From Clostridiales bacterium (GTDB lineage: Bacteria; Bacillota; Clostridia; DUOD01): a stretch of DNA of 64,000 nucleotides. The position numbers and the translations under genes are program-made. The stretch covers positions 1,383-65,382 of the forward strand of contig DUOD01000063.1 in the NCBI GenBank assembly GCA_012838995.1. Reading direction: 5' to 3'. The notes beneath the pieces are model-generated. The model was not told the DNA's origin. It made no database searches and saw only the letters and a program-made list of their open reading frames with translations. This document shows, one piece after another, positions 20,273 through 32,184 of this stretch. How positions within the stretch are numbered: position 1 is the stretch's first letter; every line of letters begins with the position of its first letter.

Positions 20273-21694
20273 CTATTCTTCAGTTTTGTTCTCATAAAGG
20301 TCTTTATATTCATTCCATAGGGAATCCATTTCTTCGATATCCATTTGGTCCAGCTGTCTATTGTTTTCGACGGCTTTGTCTTCTATATATTGAAACCTTC
20401 GTATAAATTTATTTATTGTGTCGGTCAGTGCAAGCTCCGGCTGGATTTTAGCAAACCTTGCAGCATTAACCACTGCAAATAACAGGTCCCCTATTTCTTC
20501 GTTTATTTTCCCATAATTTCCTTGAAAATATACGCTTTTTAGCTCTCTCAATTCCTCCTCAATCTTATCAAAGACATCTTCTGCCCTATCCCAATCAAAA
20601 CCGACCAATGCCGCTTTATGTTGAACTTTGTAACTGCGCATTAAAGCAGGCAAGTTTTTCGGTACATCCTTCAAAGCTTGGGTGTGGGTGTTTATCCCCT
20701 TCTCCCGTTTTTTTATCTTTTCCCAATTTTGCAACACTTGCTGGGCAGTATCCAATTGGGTCTCACCAAATATATGGGCATGGCGCTTTATCATCTTATT
20801 ACAAATAGCGGTTATCACATGGCGCCAGGTAAATCTTCCCTCCTCGGCTGCAATCTGGGCATGAAATACTATTTGGAGTAGCAGATCACCCAATTCGTCA
20901 TATATCCTTCGGTCGTCCTTATTGTCAATGGCTTCCAGGACTTCGTAGGTCTCCTCAATCAAGTACTGTTTTAAGCTGTCGTGGGTTTGCTGCCTGTCCC
21001 AGGGGCAGCCCTTTTCTCCCCTTAGGATTTTCATAACGGTTACCAGGTTTTCAAAGGTATATCCCTTAAGTTCCCTTATATCCGTACTGGGAATGACAAT
21101 ATAAGCCTGGTTATTAATATTACCAAATTGTTCTAGATTATTCAGATATATCTTTTTAATTGTAATTTTATTGTGAGACGGTACCTTTAGCAATAGTACC
21201 TTAGCGCTATTATTATACGTTTTAAGAAGTATGTTTTTCAAATTCTCTAAAGTTGCTATTTGGGATATGTGAATGATATTGGTTTGTTGACCGTCGATAT
21301 ACCGAATTTTTTCTGTTTGTTTATCCGAAAAGAAGCTGCAGGGACTGAACATATTCCACAGCCCCACAAGGCAGTGCCCTGTTAACTCCAAAGTAGGCAG
21401 TAAATGGTCGGCATTATCATACAGCAATCTGCTTATCAGGGCCTTCAAACCCCGGTTGTCGGTAAGCAGGGTAACGGAAGGATGTTTCATGGCATAATCC
21501 GCCAATACCTTTAAGGAATCCTTATCATTAACATCCAATTTTTGCCCGCAAATTCTATCCTTCAAACCTTCAGGCAGGCTATCAATATCTACAGAAGATG
21601 TGGCCATAATGCATTCATCTTGGGAAAACTGTTGGATAAAACTACTAAAGCCTTTTATATTATCCATGTATATTATTCTAATCGACCGTTCCAT
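20273..21694 (-). CDS. mazG: MazG nucleoside triphosphate pyrophosphohydrolase (YabN position) with a divergent N-terminal domain
   Basis: [28 protein letters not shown] and EEIGDLLF tandem MazG motifs. Confidence 0.9.
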   Translation of the reverse strand: MERSIRIIYMDNIKGFSSFIQQFSQDECIMATSSVDIDSLPEGLKDRICGQKLDVNDKDSLKVLADYAMKHPSVTLLTDNRGLKALISRLLYDNADHLLPTLELTGHCLVGLWNMFSPCSFFSDKQTEKIRYIDGQQTNIIHISQIATLENLKNILLKTYNNSAKVLLLKVPSHNKITIKKIYLNNLEQFGNINNQAYIVIPSTDIRELKGYTFENLVTVMKILRGEKGCPWDRQQTHDSLKQYLIEETYEVLEAIDNKDDRRIYDELGDLLLQIVFHAQIAAEEGRFTWRHVITAICNKMIKRHAHIFGETQLDTAQQVLQNWEKIKKREKGINTHTQALKDVPKNLPALMRSYKVQHKAALVGFDWDRAEDVFDKIEEELRELKSVYFQGNYGKINEEIGDLLFAVVNAARFAKIQPELALTDTINKFIRRFQYIEDKAVENNRQLDQMDIEEMDSLWNEYKDLYENKTEE

Positions 21695-21696
21695 GT

Positions 21697-23322
21697 CTAC
21701 TCCTTCCTATTCTTATATATGCCCAGTTTTGTAAGGATTTTAGCCAGGATTCTACCACCGGGGATTATATCAAAATCATCCTGTTTTAATGCACCTATGA
21801 CCAACAGCATTATGAGGTATACTATTATACCTATAACAATTGAAGCTATCGTGCTTATACTGTTTCTGCCCGTTTTTTCGATTATCCAATTATAACTGTA
21901 TAATACCGATATTGCCATGGCAACCACCGAAACGATGGGTCTTACGACAAAGTCCATAACCTTAAACTCCATACGGGTATGCCTTTTGACGGTGGCAAAA
22001 TTTAAGCTGGCAGCAACACCGTAGCAGACAATGGTTCCTATGGCCGCTCCTCGTATATTCAGTACCGGTATGCCTACCAGGACAAAATTGGTTATGGATT
22101 TTGCCAAGGCTCCTATAAACATATTCCTAACGGGCAGTACTACCTTGCCAACTCCCTGTAAAATAGCGGTTACGGTTTGATTTAGGGTTAAAAATATCAA
22201 ACTGTAGGACACCAACGATAATACCCTCGCCACCGCAGATACTTCGTTTTCCGTCAGAGAACCGTAAAGGAGCTTTATTATCGGCGCTGCCAATATGGAC
22301 AGACCGACGGCCGAAGGTAAACCGAACAGTATTGCCAGCCGTATACCCGTTACGGATTTATGTTTTACCATACCGTAATCCTTTAGGGCTGCCGATTCCG
22401 AAATGGCGGGAACCAAACTGACGGCCAGGGCCAAAGTCACAACCTGGGGAAAGTTAATAAATACATTGGCATAACCCGTTAAATAACCATACATCTCCGT
22501 TGCCCTGTCAACAGCGTATCCCACGGAAACCAAGCGTCGGGGGATTATTACCAAATCCACCATGTTAACCAATGGGATGACCGATGCCCCCACGGTAATG
22601 GGTATGGCTATCTTTATCAGTTGGGATATTATGCTGCGGGAAGTGGGAATACGTTCAAGCTTTGGACTGGTTCTGATACCGTATTCTATTTCCGATTTAT
22701 GTTTGTTATATATATAAATAATAACTCCCAGGGCTATAACTTCGCTTAAGGTCACGCCGATAATGGCACCGGCCGCTCCGTATTCTACACCCTTGCCGAC
22801 CAGTGCATAGGCCAGTGATAACCCGATAACGAGTTTACCGATTTGTTCGGTAATCTGGGTAACCGCCGTGGGACCCATCATCTGCATCCCCTGGAAATAA
22901 CCCCTGTAGGCCGACATAACCGACACAAAAAAAAGTGAAGGTGCTATGCTTAACAACGGCAGTATTACCTTATCATTCTGAATGAATTTGGCGAATAACG
23001 GCGTCACCGCGGCCAATATTATGGTGGCTATTATTCCTAATATGGCCAACATTTTAAAGGATATCTGAAAGATTCTATGGGCTTCCCTGTTGTGACCCAA
23101 TGCAAGATTTTCCGCCACCATCTTCGCGATGGCAGTAGGCAGCCCGGCGGTAGAAATAGTAAGTAAGGCAATATATACCGGATAGGCCATTTGATAAAGG
23201 CCTATTCCCTCAGGTTGAATTATATTAGCCAGAGGTATCCTAAAAAAAGCGCCTATAAACTTGCCTACTACGCCTGCAACGCCTAGTATAAAGGCACCCC
23301 TAACAAAAGACTTTTTGCCCAT
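21697..23322 (-). CDS. yabM: Polysaccharide/lipid II flippase, SpoVB/YabM (MOP) family
   Basis: Multi-TM; FRIPL, GLPTAI, RGYFQG and EQIGK motifs; synteny. Confidence 0.85.
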   Translation of the reverse strand: MGKKSFVRGAFILGVAGVVGKFIGAFFRIPLANIIQPEGIGLYQMAYPVYIALLTISTAGLPTAIAKMVAENLALGHNREAHRIFQISFKMLAILGIIATIILAAVTPLFAKFIQNDKVILPLLSIAPSLFFVSVMSAYRGYFQGMQMMGPTAVTQITEQIGKLVIGLSLAYALVGKGVEYGAAGAIIGVTLSEVIALGVIIYIYNKHKSEIEYGIRTSPKLERIPTSRSIISQLIKIAIPITVGASVIPLVNMVDLVIIPRRLVSVGYAVDRATEMYGYLTGYANVFINFPQVVTLALAVSLVPAISESAALKDYGMVKHKSVTGIRLAILFGLPSAVGLSILAAPIIKLLYGSLTENEVSAVARVLSLVSYSLIFLTLNQTVTAILQGVGKVVLPVRNMFIGALAKSITNFVLVGIPVLNIRGAAIGTIVCYGVAASLNFATVKRHTRMEFKVMDFVVRPIVSVVAMAISVLYSYNWIIEKTGRNSISTIASIVIGIIVYLIMLLVIGALKQDDFDIIPGGRILAKILTKLGIYKNRKE

Positions 23323-23502
23323 AGATCATTACCCTCTCGATATCAAAATATTTTTTATGGCCCATAATACACTATATTATACCAAACATTTAATTCAAGG
23401 AAAAGGCTGACATATGGCAATTTGAATATATTTCTCCTCTGTTTATACTTCCGATTATATTATAGAATTAAAAAGTGCTGTCAGGTACGACAGCACTTTG
23501 AA

Positions 23503-24060
23503 TTACTGTTCCATTTGTTTGCCTAGGAAACCTGCAGCCGTTTCGGCAATCTTTACTTCCAGACCGCCCATTTTAACATCAGGATCCTTTGATAATAATA
23601 TCACCGCACCTATAGGATCACCCTCGGCTATTATGGGCGCAATAACTTCCGAAGTATACTTATCAGAATCTGCCTCATCGGCGGAAATTAAGTAACACCT
23701 TCCACCTTCGCTTTTGTTTGCTATTACCGTTTTCTTTTCCTTTATAATCTTTTCTAAATCAGGACTTATAGACTTGTCCAAAAACTCCTTTTTAGGGGCT
23801 CCTGAAACCGCAATTATGTTATCCTTATCGGCAACACAACAAATATGGCCTATTGATTGATGTAATGATTCTGTATATTCCTTCGCAAAGTCGCCTAGTT
23901 CACCAATGGGTGAATATTTTTTTAATATTACTTCGCCTTCCCTGTCGGTAAATATTTCAAGGGGATCCCCCTCCCGTATCCTAAGGGTCCTCCGAATTTC
24001 CTTGGGAATAACCACTCTTCCCAGGTCATCAATTCTTCTTACTATCCCCGTGGCTTTCAC
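23503..24060 (-). CDS. spoVT: Stage V sporulation protein T
   Basis: KATGIVRRIDDLGRVVIPKEIRR AbrB-type domain plus GAF domain. Confidence 0.97.
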   Translation of the reverse strand: MKATGIVRRIDDLGRVVIPKEIRRTLRIREGDPLEIFTDREGEVILKKYSPIGELGDFAKEYTESLHQSIGHICCVADKDNIIAVSGAPKKEFLDKSISPDLEKIIKEKKTVIANKSEGGRCYLISADEADSDKYTSEVIAPIIAEGDPIGAVILLSKDPDVKMGGLEVKIAETAAGFLGKQMEQ

Positions 24061-24197
24061 ACACATCCCTCCTTGTTTTTATTTCTTTAAAATACCAACC
24101 TTCGCTATTATAGTATCCTACTCTTCCAAAACTTTTATTCATGTTATATATTTTTTCTATAATTACAAATTTATACAAAGGAGGGTGTGAAAATTGG

Positions 24198-25238
24198 TCA
24201 TATGTTTTTTTCAAATTTCTTAATATCGGCCGCCTTTCTCCATGCGTCCATTTGCTCTTCCCATTTCTCGTTCTGCTTATCAAGTAATAAGCTTTCGCTT
24301 ATCTTTTCCTTTACTTCTTCAAAGGGAGCAATCCTTTCGGGGGTCTTTTCTTCAAGTTTTATTATGTGGTACCCGAAATCGGTTTTGACTAAATCACTGA
24401 TTTCGCCTACCTTTAAGGCAAAGGCGGCATCCTTAAAGGCCTGAATAAAATTGCCGTCTTCATCAAAGGGTTCCAGCTCTCCCCCCAGTTCCCTGGACCC
24501 GGGATCGTCGGAATACTCCTTGGCCAGTTGGGCAAAATCCTCCCCGACCTTTGCCTTAGCCAATACTTCTTCGGCCCTGGGTTTAATCTTTTCGTATTCC
24601 GCTTTCTTTTCCTCTTCGGGGAGGTCGTACATTTGTTCATCAATGCCTATCAATATGTGTCTAACCTTTACCCTTTCCTTTTCTTTAAACAAAGTATCTT
24701 TGTTCTTTTCATAATAATCCTTGATCTCTTGGTCGGTAACCTTTACGTCCTTTGTATACTTTTCCACCATTTTTTCGATTAACAAAGCTTCCAGGACATA
24801 TTTTTCATACTCCTCTTCGGTTAGGTTTTGGGTTTCCAACATTTCTTTAAAGGCATCCTCGCCGAGGTATTCCTTGTCATTCTCTATTAATTCCTTGGAC
24901 TTTTGCTTGTCCTCTTCATCAGCAACAATGTTTTCCTTTTCTAACTGCTGCTTTAATATCCTGTAATCAATCAGGCTGTCCAGTACGCTTTCCTTTAATC
25001 CTTCCAGGAAAGACTTTATTTCTTCGTCCTTTTCATTTTCTTCGGTTATCCCATAGCTCTGTTTTATCATTTCCAGATTATCAAGAAATTCACCCTTCAA
25101 AATTTCCTCTCCGTTTACCGTCGCCACCACCAGTTGCCTGTCGACTTCGGGGTTTACCTTTACCAAACCGCATCCAGCTATGCTTAACGATATTATTAAT
25201 ATGCCAAACACAAATAATATGCCTTTTCTCAATGCCAT
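24198..25238 (-). CDS. prsA: PrsA-like foldase lipoprotein (PpiC parvulin)
   Basis: Lipobox IAGC; RHILI, FAQLAKEYSDDPGS and FGYHII motifs. Confidence 0.9.
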   Translation of the reverse strand: MALRKGILFVFGILIISLSIAGCGLVKVNPEVDRQLVVATVNGEEILKGEFLDNLEMIKQSYGITEENEKDEEIKSFLEGLKESVLDSLIDYRILKQQLEKENIVADEEDKQKSKELIENDKEYLGEDAFKEMLETQNLTEEEYEKYVLEALLIEKMVEKYTKDVKVTDQEIKDYYEKNKDTLFKEKERVKVRHILIGIDEQMYDLPEEEKKAEYEKIKPRAEEVLAKAKVGEDFAQLAKEYSDDPGSRELGGELEPFDEDGNFIQAFKDAAFALKVGEISDLVKTDFGYHIIKLEEKTPERIAPFEEVKEKISESLLLDKQNEKWEEQMDAWRKAADIKKFEKNI

Positions 25239-25301
25239 CCTCTCCTTAAACATTACTAATTGTACAACAAATTTGTTAAATATATTCATTATATATAAAA
25301 A

Positions 25302-28300
25302 CTAATGCCCGTGCAAATCAGCAATTTCCTTTAAAAATTGCTGCAATTCACCCAAAGAGGCCGTTGTTTCCTTCGTATCGGGTTTGAAAATAAAAAAAGG
25401 CGGTTTGGTTGCGGAAAAAGTTACCCGGTTTCCGTATTTTTCCATAATTTTGCTTATCCATAACGGCTTTATTTCATCATTGTGGCCCAGCTTTAGTTGG
25501 TATATCCCATTCTTTTGAATGATCTCAACTATACGGGCTTGCCTGGCCAATGCTTTCAAATATGAAATATTTATCAAATTGGACGCAAAAACGGGTATGT
25601 CTCCAAACCTGTCCTCCAGTTCCTCCTCTACGTCATATTTATCCTGCAGTGCGTTTATGGAGGCTATCTTTTTGTACATTTCCAGTCTCTGCCCGTCATC
25701 CTCTATATAATCCCTTGGGATATAGGCACTGATATCTATATTAACGGTACATTCTCGTTGTTCCTGGGGCATATCGCCCTTTAATTCCCCGATTGTCTGC
25801 TCAAGGAGTTTACAATACAGGTCATACCCTACGGTGGCCATATGACCGTGCTGCTCGGGTCCCAACAGGTTTCCCGCTCCCCTTATTTCCAGGTCCTTCA
25901 TGGCTATCTTGAACCCTGAACCGAATTCCGTAAATTCCTTTATTGCATGCAGCCTTTTTTCCGCCACTTCGGATAGTATTTTATCCTTCCGGTATGTCAA
26001 ATAGGCATAGGCCAGCCGATTAGACCTGCCCACCCTGCCCCTTAACTGATAAAGCTGCGCCAACCCAAATCTGTCACTGTCATACACGATTATGGTGTTT
26101 ACATTTGGTATATCAAGGCCCGACTCTATTATGGTAGAGCATACCAGCACATCATACCTGTGTTCCATAAAGTCAATCATTACATCCTCCAGCATGGTTT
26201 CATTCATCTGGCCGTGGGCAACGGCCACCCTGGCCTCGGGCACCAGACGGGCCACCTTGGCAGCAAACTTTTCAATGCTCTGCACCCTGTTGTATACAAA
26301 ATATACCTGACCGTCTCTGCCCATCTCCCTTAAGATTGCATCCCTTATTAACCCTTCGTTATATTCCACCACATATGTCTGTACCGGATATCTTTCATCG
26401 GGAGGGGTCTCCAGTATGCTCATATCCCTGATACCCACCATGGACATATGGAGAGTCCGGGGAATGGGCGTGGCGGTTAATGTTAAAACATCAACGTTTG
26501 TTCTTAAGTTTTTTATTCTTTCTTTATGGGCAACACCGAACCTTTGCTCTTCATCCACAATCAAAAGGCCCAGATCTTTAAAGCCGACATCCGCCTGTAA
26601 CAGCCTATGGGTACCTATAATGATATCGATAAGGCCGTTTTCCAAATTCCTCAGAATGGTCTTTTGTTCCTTGGGCGTTTTAAACCTGCTGAGTACTTCC
26701 ACCTTCACCGGAAAATCGTTCAACCTGTTTGTCAGAGTATTATAATGCTGCTGCGCCAGAATAGTTGTGGGCACGAGAAAAGCTACCTGTTTACCGTCCA
26801 TGACGGCTTTGAAGGCGGCCCTTATGGCCACTTCCGTCTTGCCGTATCCCACATCACCGCACAGTAGTCTGTCCATGGGCTTGTCAGTCTCCATGTCAAG
26901 CTTTACTTCCTCGATGGCCTGCAGTTGGTCGGGCGTTTCCTCATAGGGAAACAGTTCCTCAAACTGGCGCTGCCATATGGTATCCTTTTTGAACCTATGG
27001 CCCTTTACCGTCTGTCGGGTAGCGTATAATTTCAATAAATCCTCCGCCATCTCCCTTATGGATTGCTTTACCCTGGACTTTAACCTGTTCCACTCGCCGC
27101 CTCCCATCTTGGACAACCTGGGCGCCTTACCTTCAATACCTATATACTTTTGTATATAGTCCATCTGATCTGCCGGAACGTAAAGGCTGTCTCCGCCCGA
27201 GTACTTAATGTGTAGGTAATCCCGGACCTGCCCTTCCACCTCCAGCTTTACCAATCCCGATAGAAGACCGATACCGTGATATTCATGGACTACATAGTCA
27301 CCTGGTTTAAGATCGGTAAAGACGTCTATTTTATCGACAGACCTTTGTTTTTTTATCCTAGTCCGCCTTTTCTTTATAGCGAAAATCTCGTTATCGCTTA
27401 TGACTGCAAAACCGTAATCAGGGTATTCAAAACCTTTGCTTATGCTGCCGGGATAGGCCACTATCTGCCCAGGCAATATATCCATTTCATCATCTTCGGT
27501 AAACAGACATTCAACATCCACGTCTTGTAGGGATTTCACCAAATTAAGTCCCCTGGCTTTTGTACCGGTAAGCAGCAGCACCCTATATTTTTTGGCCTTC
27601 CACATTTTCAAGTCCTCGGCCAATAGCTCTACCTGGCCATGAAAGGAATGCATGGTCCGGGTGACAAAACTCACCTGTCTGTTAACCCTAAAATCCTTGG
27701 AAGTACGAGGAAGGGTATTAAGTACCACTTTGACACAAGGGTTTTGAGATATGCTTTCCACCAGATCGCGGTAGTTCATCATCAAATTATATTGTTGTTT
27801 TAGAACCTCCCCCTGAATTAAAAGGGTTTTAAAATTTTCATCAAACTCCAGATGGACGTTTTCCGCCCGTTGTCTAACCCTTTCAGGCTCGTCTATAAAT
27901 ATGACACCGTCGTCACCTAAATAGTCGAAAAATGTATGCCTTTCATGGTAAAAGACGGGGAGCAGCTCCTCCACCCCTTCGAAGTAAAAAATGTTTTGCC
28001 GTGCATCCAGCACCGGCTGTAATTTTTCCAACAGCCCGTCGGTATTGTAAGTACCCTGTCCGTTGACGGACTTTATATATTCCATAATCGGTCCTTCTAT
28101 TTGCCTTTTAGCCTTTTGAAAGACATCGTCGGATATGGTAACCTCCCTTGCCGGGAAAAGTACAAAGGATTTAAGCCTTTGAATTGATCTTTGGGAATTA
28201 ACGTCGAACTCTCTGATAGAATCCACTTCGTCATCAAACAATTCCATCCTTATAGGATTTTCCATGCCGGCACCGAATACATCGATAATCCCACCCCTGA

Positions 28301-28817
28301 CGCTGAACTGGCCCTTTCCTTCTATCATGTCCACCCTTTCATAGCCGCCCCTTACCAAGCCTTGGACAAACCCATCCATGTCCAGTTTATCCCCGTCGGT
28401 TATCCTCTTAATGCCTTCACTAAATTGGCGGGGCGAAACGGTAACCGTTAACAATGCCTCTACCGGAGCAACAATAACCTTTACTTGCCCCAAGCACAAA
28501 CTACCCAAAACACTGATCCTTTGTTCCGAAATATCGTTGCTATGGGCGGTTATGTTATAAAAAAGCAATTGTCTGTGGGGAAATAATAACACGTCATTTC
28601 CCAGGAAAAAAGACAGGTCTTCGTATATCTTCTTTGCCTGTACATCGTTGTATGTAATTATTACCATGGGTTTGTTCACCTGGGACTTTAACACGGAAAT
28701 CACGTGACACTTTTGGGACTCTGACAACCCTACCAAGGAAACGTTCCATGCTTTTTTCACGCTTTCGACTGCAGTCTTAATTTGGCGCGACCCCATCATG
28801 GGCTTCAAAGCAATCAA
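25302..28817 (-). CDS. mfd: Transcription-repair coupling factor
   Basis: GDVGYGKTE, DEEQRFG, TATPIPRT and QLRGRVGR motifs; TRCF tail. Confidence 0.98.
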   Translation of the reverse strand: MIALKPMMGSRQIKTAVESVKKAWNVSLVGLSESQKCHVISVLKSQVNKPMVIITYNDVQAKKIYEDLSFFLGNDVLLFPHRQLLFYNITAHSNDISEQRISVLGSLCLGQVKVIVAPVEALLTVTVSPRQFSEGIKRITDGDKLDMDGFVQGLVRGGYERVDMIEGKGQFSVRGGIIDVFGAGMENPIRMELFDDEVDSIREFDVNSQRSIQRLKSFVLFPAREVTISDDVFQKAKRQIEGPIMEYIKSVNGQGTYNTDGLLEKLQPVLDARQNIFYFEGVEELLPVFYHERHTFFDYLGDDGVIFIDEPERVRQRAENVHLEFDENFKTLLIQGEVLKQQYNLMMNYRDLVESISQNPCVKVVLNTLPRTSKDFRVNRQVSFVTRTMHSFHGQVELLAEDLKMWKAKKYRVLLLTGTKARGLNLVKSLQDVDVECLFTEDDEMDILPGQIVAYPGSISKGFEYPDYGFAVISDNEIFAIKKRRTRIKKQRSVDKIDVFTDLKPGDYVVHEYHGIGLLSGLVKLEVEGQVRDYLHIKYSGGDSLYVPADQMDYIQKYIGIEGKAPRLSKMGGGEWNRLKSRVKQSIREMAEDLLKLYATRQTVKGHRFKKDTIWQRQFEELFPYEETPDQLQAIEEVKLDMETDKPMDRLLCGDVGYGKTEVAIRAAFKAVMDGKQVAFLVPTTILAQQHYNTLTNRLNDFPVKVEVLSRFKTPKEQKTILRNLENGLIDIIIGTHRLLQADVGFKDLGLLIVDEEQRFGVAHKERIKNLRTNVDVLTLTATPIPRTLHMSMVGIRDMSILETPPDERYPVQTYVVEYNEGLIRDAILREMGRDGQVYFVYNRVQSIEKFAAKVARLVPEARVAVAHGQMNETMLEDVMIDFMEHRYDVLVCSTIIESGLDIPNVNTIIVYDSDRFGLAQLYQLRGRVGRSNRLAYAYLTYRKDKILSEVAEKRLHAIKEFTEFGSGFKIAMKDLEIRGAGNLLGPEQHGHMATVGYDLYCKLLEQTIGELKGDMPQEQRECTVNIDISAYIPRDYIEDDGQRLEMYKKIASINALQDKYDVEEELEDRFGDIPVFASNLINISYLKALARQARIVEIIQKNGIYQLKLGHNDEIKPLWISKIMEKYGNRVTFSATKPPFFIFKPDTKETTASLGELQQFLKEIADLHGH

Positions 28818-28863
28818 ATTTTGCGTTACCTCCTCTTTTTCGGTCGCTCTTTTAAAGTGGGAA

Positions 28864-29253
28864 TTATATTCTTCTAAACATTCTCCAATTCCATAATATA
28901 TGGCACAAAATAGCCGCCATCAAGCCCGGGTACCAACTTTTAGACAGCACAAAACCAAGCGTTGTAACAACGCCGAATATAGAATGGCTTACAACGCTTA
29001 TAAAACATGCCGTGAAATTTATTTTTTCATTCGAGTTAAAATAATCATATATTCCTTCTATAATGCCAAAGGATATATGAGTTAATAATACAATGCCACC
29101 CAGTGCGAGGGTTATAAAGGTTTTAAACCCTTCTTCTATAAAGGGCACAATATAAACTATGGCTTTATTGCCGGCGGCTTTTATGGCGGCTTTATTAAAA
29201 AAATAGGATAATACCGCCGCCATTACTACAGATATAATACTGCCCATGCCCAA
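28864..29253 (-). CDS. Small membrane protein with PrsW-like intramembrane protease motifs
   Basis: Hydrophobic 129 aa with EEGFK, FGIIE, HSIF and HILWN motifs. Confidence 0.6.
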   Translation of the reverse strand: MGMGSIISVVMAAVLSYFFNKAAIKAAGNKAIVYIVPFIEEGFKTFITLALGGIVLLTHISFGIIEGIYDYFNSNEKINFTACFISVVSHSIFGVVTTLGFVLSKSWYPGLMAAILCHILWNWRMFRRI

Positions 29254-29266
29254 TTATTCCTAAATC

Positions 29267-29824
29267 TTAGTTATACTTATTCATGGCGTTGACAATTCCC
29301 TCACAAACAATACATTCCGCCGCACGGGCCGCCCTTTCAATGGTTTGCTTAATTAACGTCATATCCTCTTCGTCGAAGTCGGATGTTACATATTGGGCAA
29401 GATCGGTTCCGTCTTCCGGCTTGCCAATGCCTATTCTTATCCTCGGAAAATCTTCGCTGCCTATATGGTATATGACAGACCTCATCCCATTATGGGTCCC
29501 GGCACCGCCCTTGGCCCTTATGCGAATATCTCCAACCTCCAAGTCTATATCATCATATATTAAGATAAGATGACCTGGCTCCAGCTTGTAGCATCTAAGT
29601 ATGTCCACAACGCTAAGGCCACTTAAGTTCATGAAAGTCTGGGGTTTGGCCAGCATTACCCGTTGGCTTCCAATCCTTCCTTCACCCATCAATGCCTTGT
29701 GACTGATTTTGTTTACACAAATATTATTTCTTTCCGCCAGGATATCTATTACATGAAAGCCTACGTTATGCCTGTTATTCTCATATTCCCGTCCGGGATT
29801 ACCGAGACCGATTATAACAAACAT
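29267..29824 (-). CDS. pth: Peptidyl-tRNA hydrolase
   Basis: GLGNPG, RHNVGF, KPQTFMNLSG and HNG motifs. Confidence 0.97.
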   Translation of the reverse strand: MFVIIGLGNPGREYENNRHNVGFHVIDILAERNNICVNKISHKALMGEGRIGSQRVMLAKPQTFMNLSGLSVVDILRCYKLEPGHLILIYDDIDLEVGDIRIRAKGGAGTHNGMRSVIYHIGSEDFPRIRIGIGKPEDGTDLAQYVTSDFDEEDMTLIKQTIERAARAAECIVCEGIVNAMNKYN

Positions 29825-29834
29825 GGCTGATCCC

Positions 29835-30788
29835 CTATTCAAACAGAATGCTAACGGGTAAATCCTCGTAAATTCTGTCTATGGCTTCAGCAAATATGGG
29901 CGCCACCGACAATACCTTTATTTTTTCGCTCTTTTTTTCTTCGGGTAGGGGTATGGTATTGGTAATTATTACTTCCTTTAAGGGTGACTCTTCTATATTC
30001 TTTATGGCACGACCCGACAGCACACCGTGGGTGCAACAGGCGTATACCTCTTTGGCTCCCCGTTCCATGATGGCCGTTGCGCCCTGTACCAATGTACCGG
30101 CGGTGTCTATAAGGTCGTCTATCAGTATACACCTTTTATCCTTTACGTCTCCTATAATATTCATTACCTCCGCCACATTGGCCTTGGGCCTGCGTTTATC
30201 CACTATGGCCAAGGGTGCATTGAGTTTGTTGGCAAAATTCCTCGATCTTGTTACGCTACCTAGATCGGGGGCCACCACCACCAAATCATCGCCTTCAAAA
30301 TTGTTGTTTATAAAATAACTGGCCAGAATAGGTCCCCCAACCAGATGATCCACCGGCACGTTAAAAAAACCTTGGATCTGGGAAGCGTGAAGGTCCATAG
30401 TCAATGCCCTGTCGGCACCTGCAGTGGTAATCAGATCCGCAACGAGCTTTGCGGTGATCGGGTCCCTGGCCTTGGCCTTTCTGTCCTGTCTTGCATATCC
30501 ATAATAGGGTATTACCGCCGTTATTCTCCCGGCAGAAGCCCTTTTAAAGGCGTCTATCATGATTAATAATTCCATAAGATTATCGTTTACCGGGGCACAG
30601 GTAGATTGTATGACAAACACATCGGCGCCCCTGACCGTTTCTCCTATGTTTACGGAAATTTCTCCGTCACTAAAGGTTTTCACAGAGGCTTCGCCCAATG
30701 GAACACCAATATGTTCAGCTATTTCTTTAGCTAATTGAATGTTTGAATTGCCTGAAAATATTTTAATATTACTGCCATGTGTTATCAT
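29835..30788 (-). CDS. prs: Ribose-phosphate pyrophosphokinase
   Basis: FSDGE, YARQDRK, DLHA and DDLIDTAGT motifs. Confidence 0.98.
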   Translation of the reverse strand: MITHGSNIKIFSGNSNIQLAKEIAEHIGVPLGEASVKTFSDGEISVNIGETVRGADVFVIQSTCAPVNDNLMELLIMIDAFKRASAGRITAVIPYYGYARQDRKAKARDPITAKLVADLITTAGADRALTMDLHASQIQGFFNVPVDHLVGGPILASYFINNNFEGDDLVVVAPDLGSVTRSRNFANKLNAPLAIVDKRRPKANVAEVMNIIGDVKDKRCILIDDLIDTAGTLVQGATAIMERGAKEVYACCTHGVLSGRAIKNIEESPLKEVIITNTIPLPEEKKSEKIKVLSVAPIFAEAIDRIYEDLPVSILFE

Positions 30789-30810
30789 TTGTAGACCTCC
30801 TGATCTTCTT

Positions 30811-32184
30811 TTATTTGTTTTTCATTTTTTTCTTTACCCATTCAGGCTTTATGCTTTGCCTGGAGCGGGCTATTGCCAGAGAATACTCGGGTACATCATG
30901 GGTAATGGTAGAACCTGCGGCGATATAGGCACCTTCTTTAATCTCCACCGGAGCAATTAGGTTTACATTACAACCTATAAAGGCTTTATCCCGAACGGTG
31001 GTCTTGTGTTTTGCCTTGCCGTCATAATTCACCACCACCACACCGCATCCCACATTTACACCGCTCCCTATTTCGGCATCTCCAATATAGGATAAATGGG
31101 ATACCTTGGATCCGTTACCTATAGAGGAATTCTTCACCTCAACAAAATCGCCTATCCTAACCCCTTGACCGATACGGCTGTTAGGCCTTAAATAGGCAAA
31201 GGGTCCCACCGTGGTATCATCTTCCACCTTGCTCTCCAAAATTACCGAAGCCTGTATCTTTACATTATTGCCTATATGGCTGTCCGCTATCCTGGAATTA
31301 GGGTAAATAATACAACCCTGTCCTATGGTGGTTTGGCCTTGGATGGTATTGCCCGGATAAACAATGGTATCCCTACCTATTGCTACGGTACTGTCTATAT
31401 ATGTATTGCAAGGATCTATTATGGTTACCCCTTGCAGCATCAACCCCACCATTATCCTTTCCCTAAGAACTTCAGCGGCCCGGGCCAACTGCACCCTGTC
31501 ATTAACACCCATAATTTCGGTAGCATCACCTGTTTTATAGGCCTTGACCTTCAAACCCTTTTCCCTTAATATTTTGATAATATCGGTAAGATAATACTCG
31601 CCCTGGACATTATTACTGCTGATTTTATCCAGTCCGTCCAACAAATCCCTTATGTTAAAGCAATAAATACCCGAATTGATTTCCTTTATTGCTTTTTGAC
31701 GTTGATCGGCATCCTTGTCTTCGATTATTTCCCGGAGTTGTCCATCATCATCCCTTACAATCCTTCCATAACCGCCGGGATCATCTATTTCCGCCGTTAA
31801 CACCACTGCGCTATAGCCATTATCCATACACTCCCCTGCCATTTGCCTTAGGGTATCGGCTGTAATTAAGGGTATGTCACCGGCCAGTATTATAACATAA
31901 CCGTCCGTCCGGCTCAGGTGTTCCCTAGCGCATTTCACGGCATGGGCCGTTCCTAATTGCCGTTGTTGATATGCATAAACGACTTGTTGGCCCAACCTTT
32001 CTTTCACCATTTCCGCCTTGTGCCCAACAACAACTACGGGTTTTTCATCGGTAATATCCTTAAGGGCGTCAAGGATATACTGAACCATTGTTTTTCCCCA
32101 TATTTCATGGAGCACCTTGGGTATGCCCGACCTCATCCTTTTGCCTTCTCCGGCCGCCAGTACCAATGCCGTTAGCCTACTCAA
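30811..32184 (-). CDS. glmU: Bifunctional UDP-GlcNAc pyrophosphorylase/glucosamine-1-P acetyltransferase
   Basis: LAAGEGKRM and EYYLTD motifs, hexapeptide repeats, HLSYIGDA. Confidence 0.98.
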   Translation of the reverse strand: MSRLTALVLAAGEGKRMRSGIPKVLHEIWGKTMVQYILDALKDITDEKPVVVVGHKAEMVKERLGQQVVYAYQQRQLGTAHAVKCAREHLSRTDGYVIILAGDIPLITADTLRQMAGECMDNGYSAVVLTAEIDDPGGYGRIVRDDDGQLREIIEDKDADQRQKAIKEINSGIYCFNIRDLLDGLDKISSNNVQGEYYLTDIIKILREKGLKVKAYKTGDATEIMGVNDRVQLARAAEVLRERIMVGLMLQGVTIIDPCNTYIDSTVAIGRDTIVYPGNTIQGQTTIGQGCIIYPNSRIADSHIGNNVKIQASVILESKVEDDTTVGPFAYLRPNSRIGQGVRIGDFVEVKNSSIGNGSKVSHLSYIGDAEIGSGVNVGCGVVVVNYDGKAKHKTTVRDKAFIGCNVNLIAPVEIKEGAYIAAGSTITHDVPEYSLAIARSRQSIKPEWVKKKMKNK

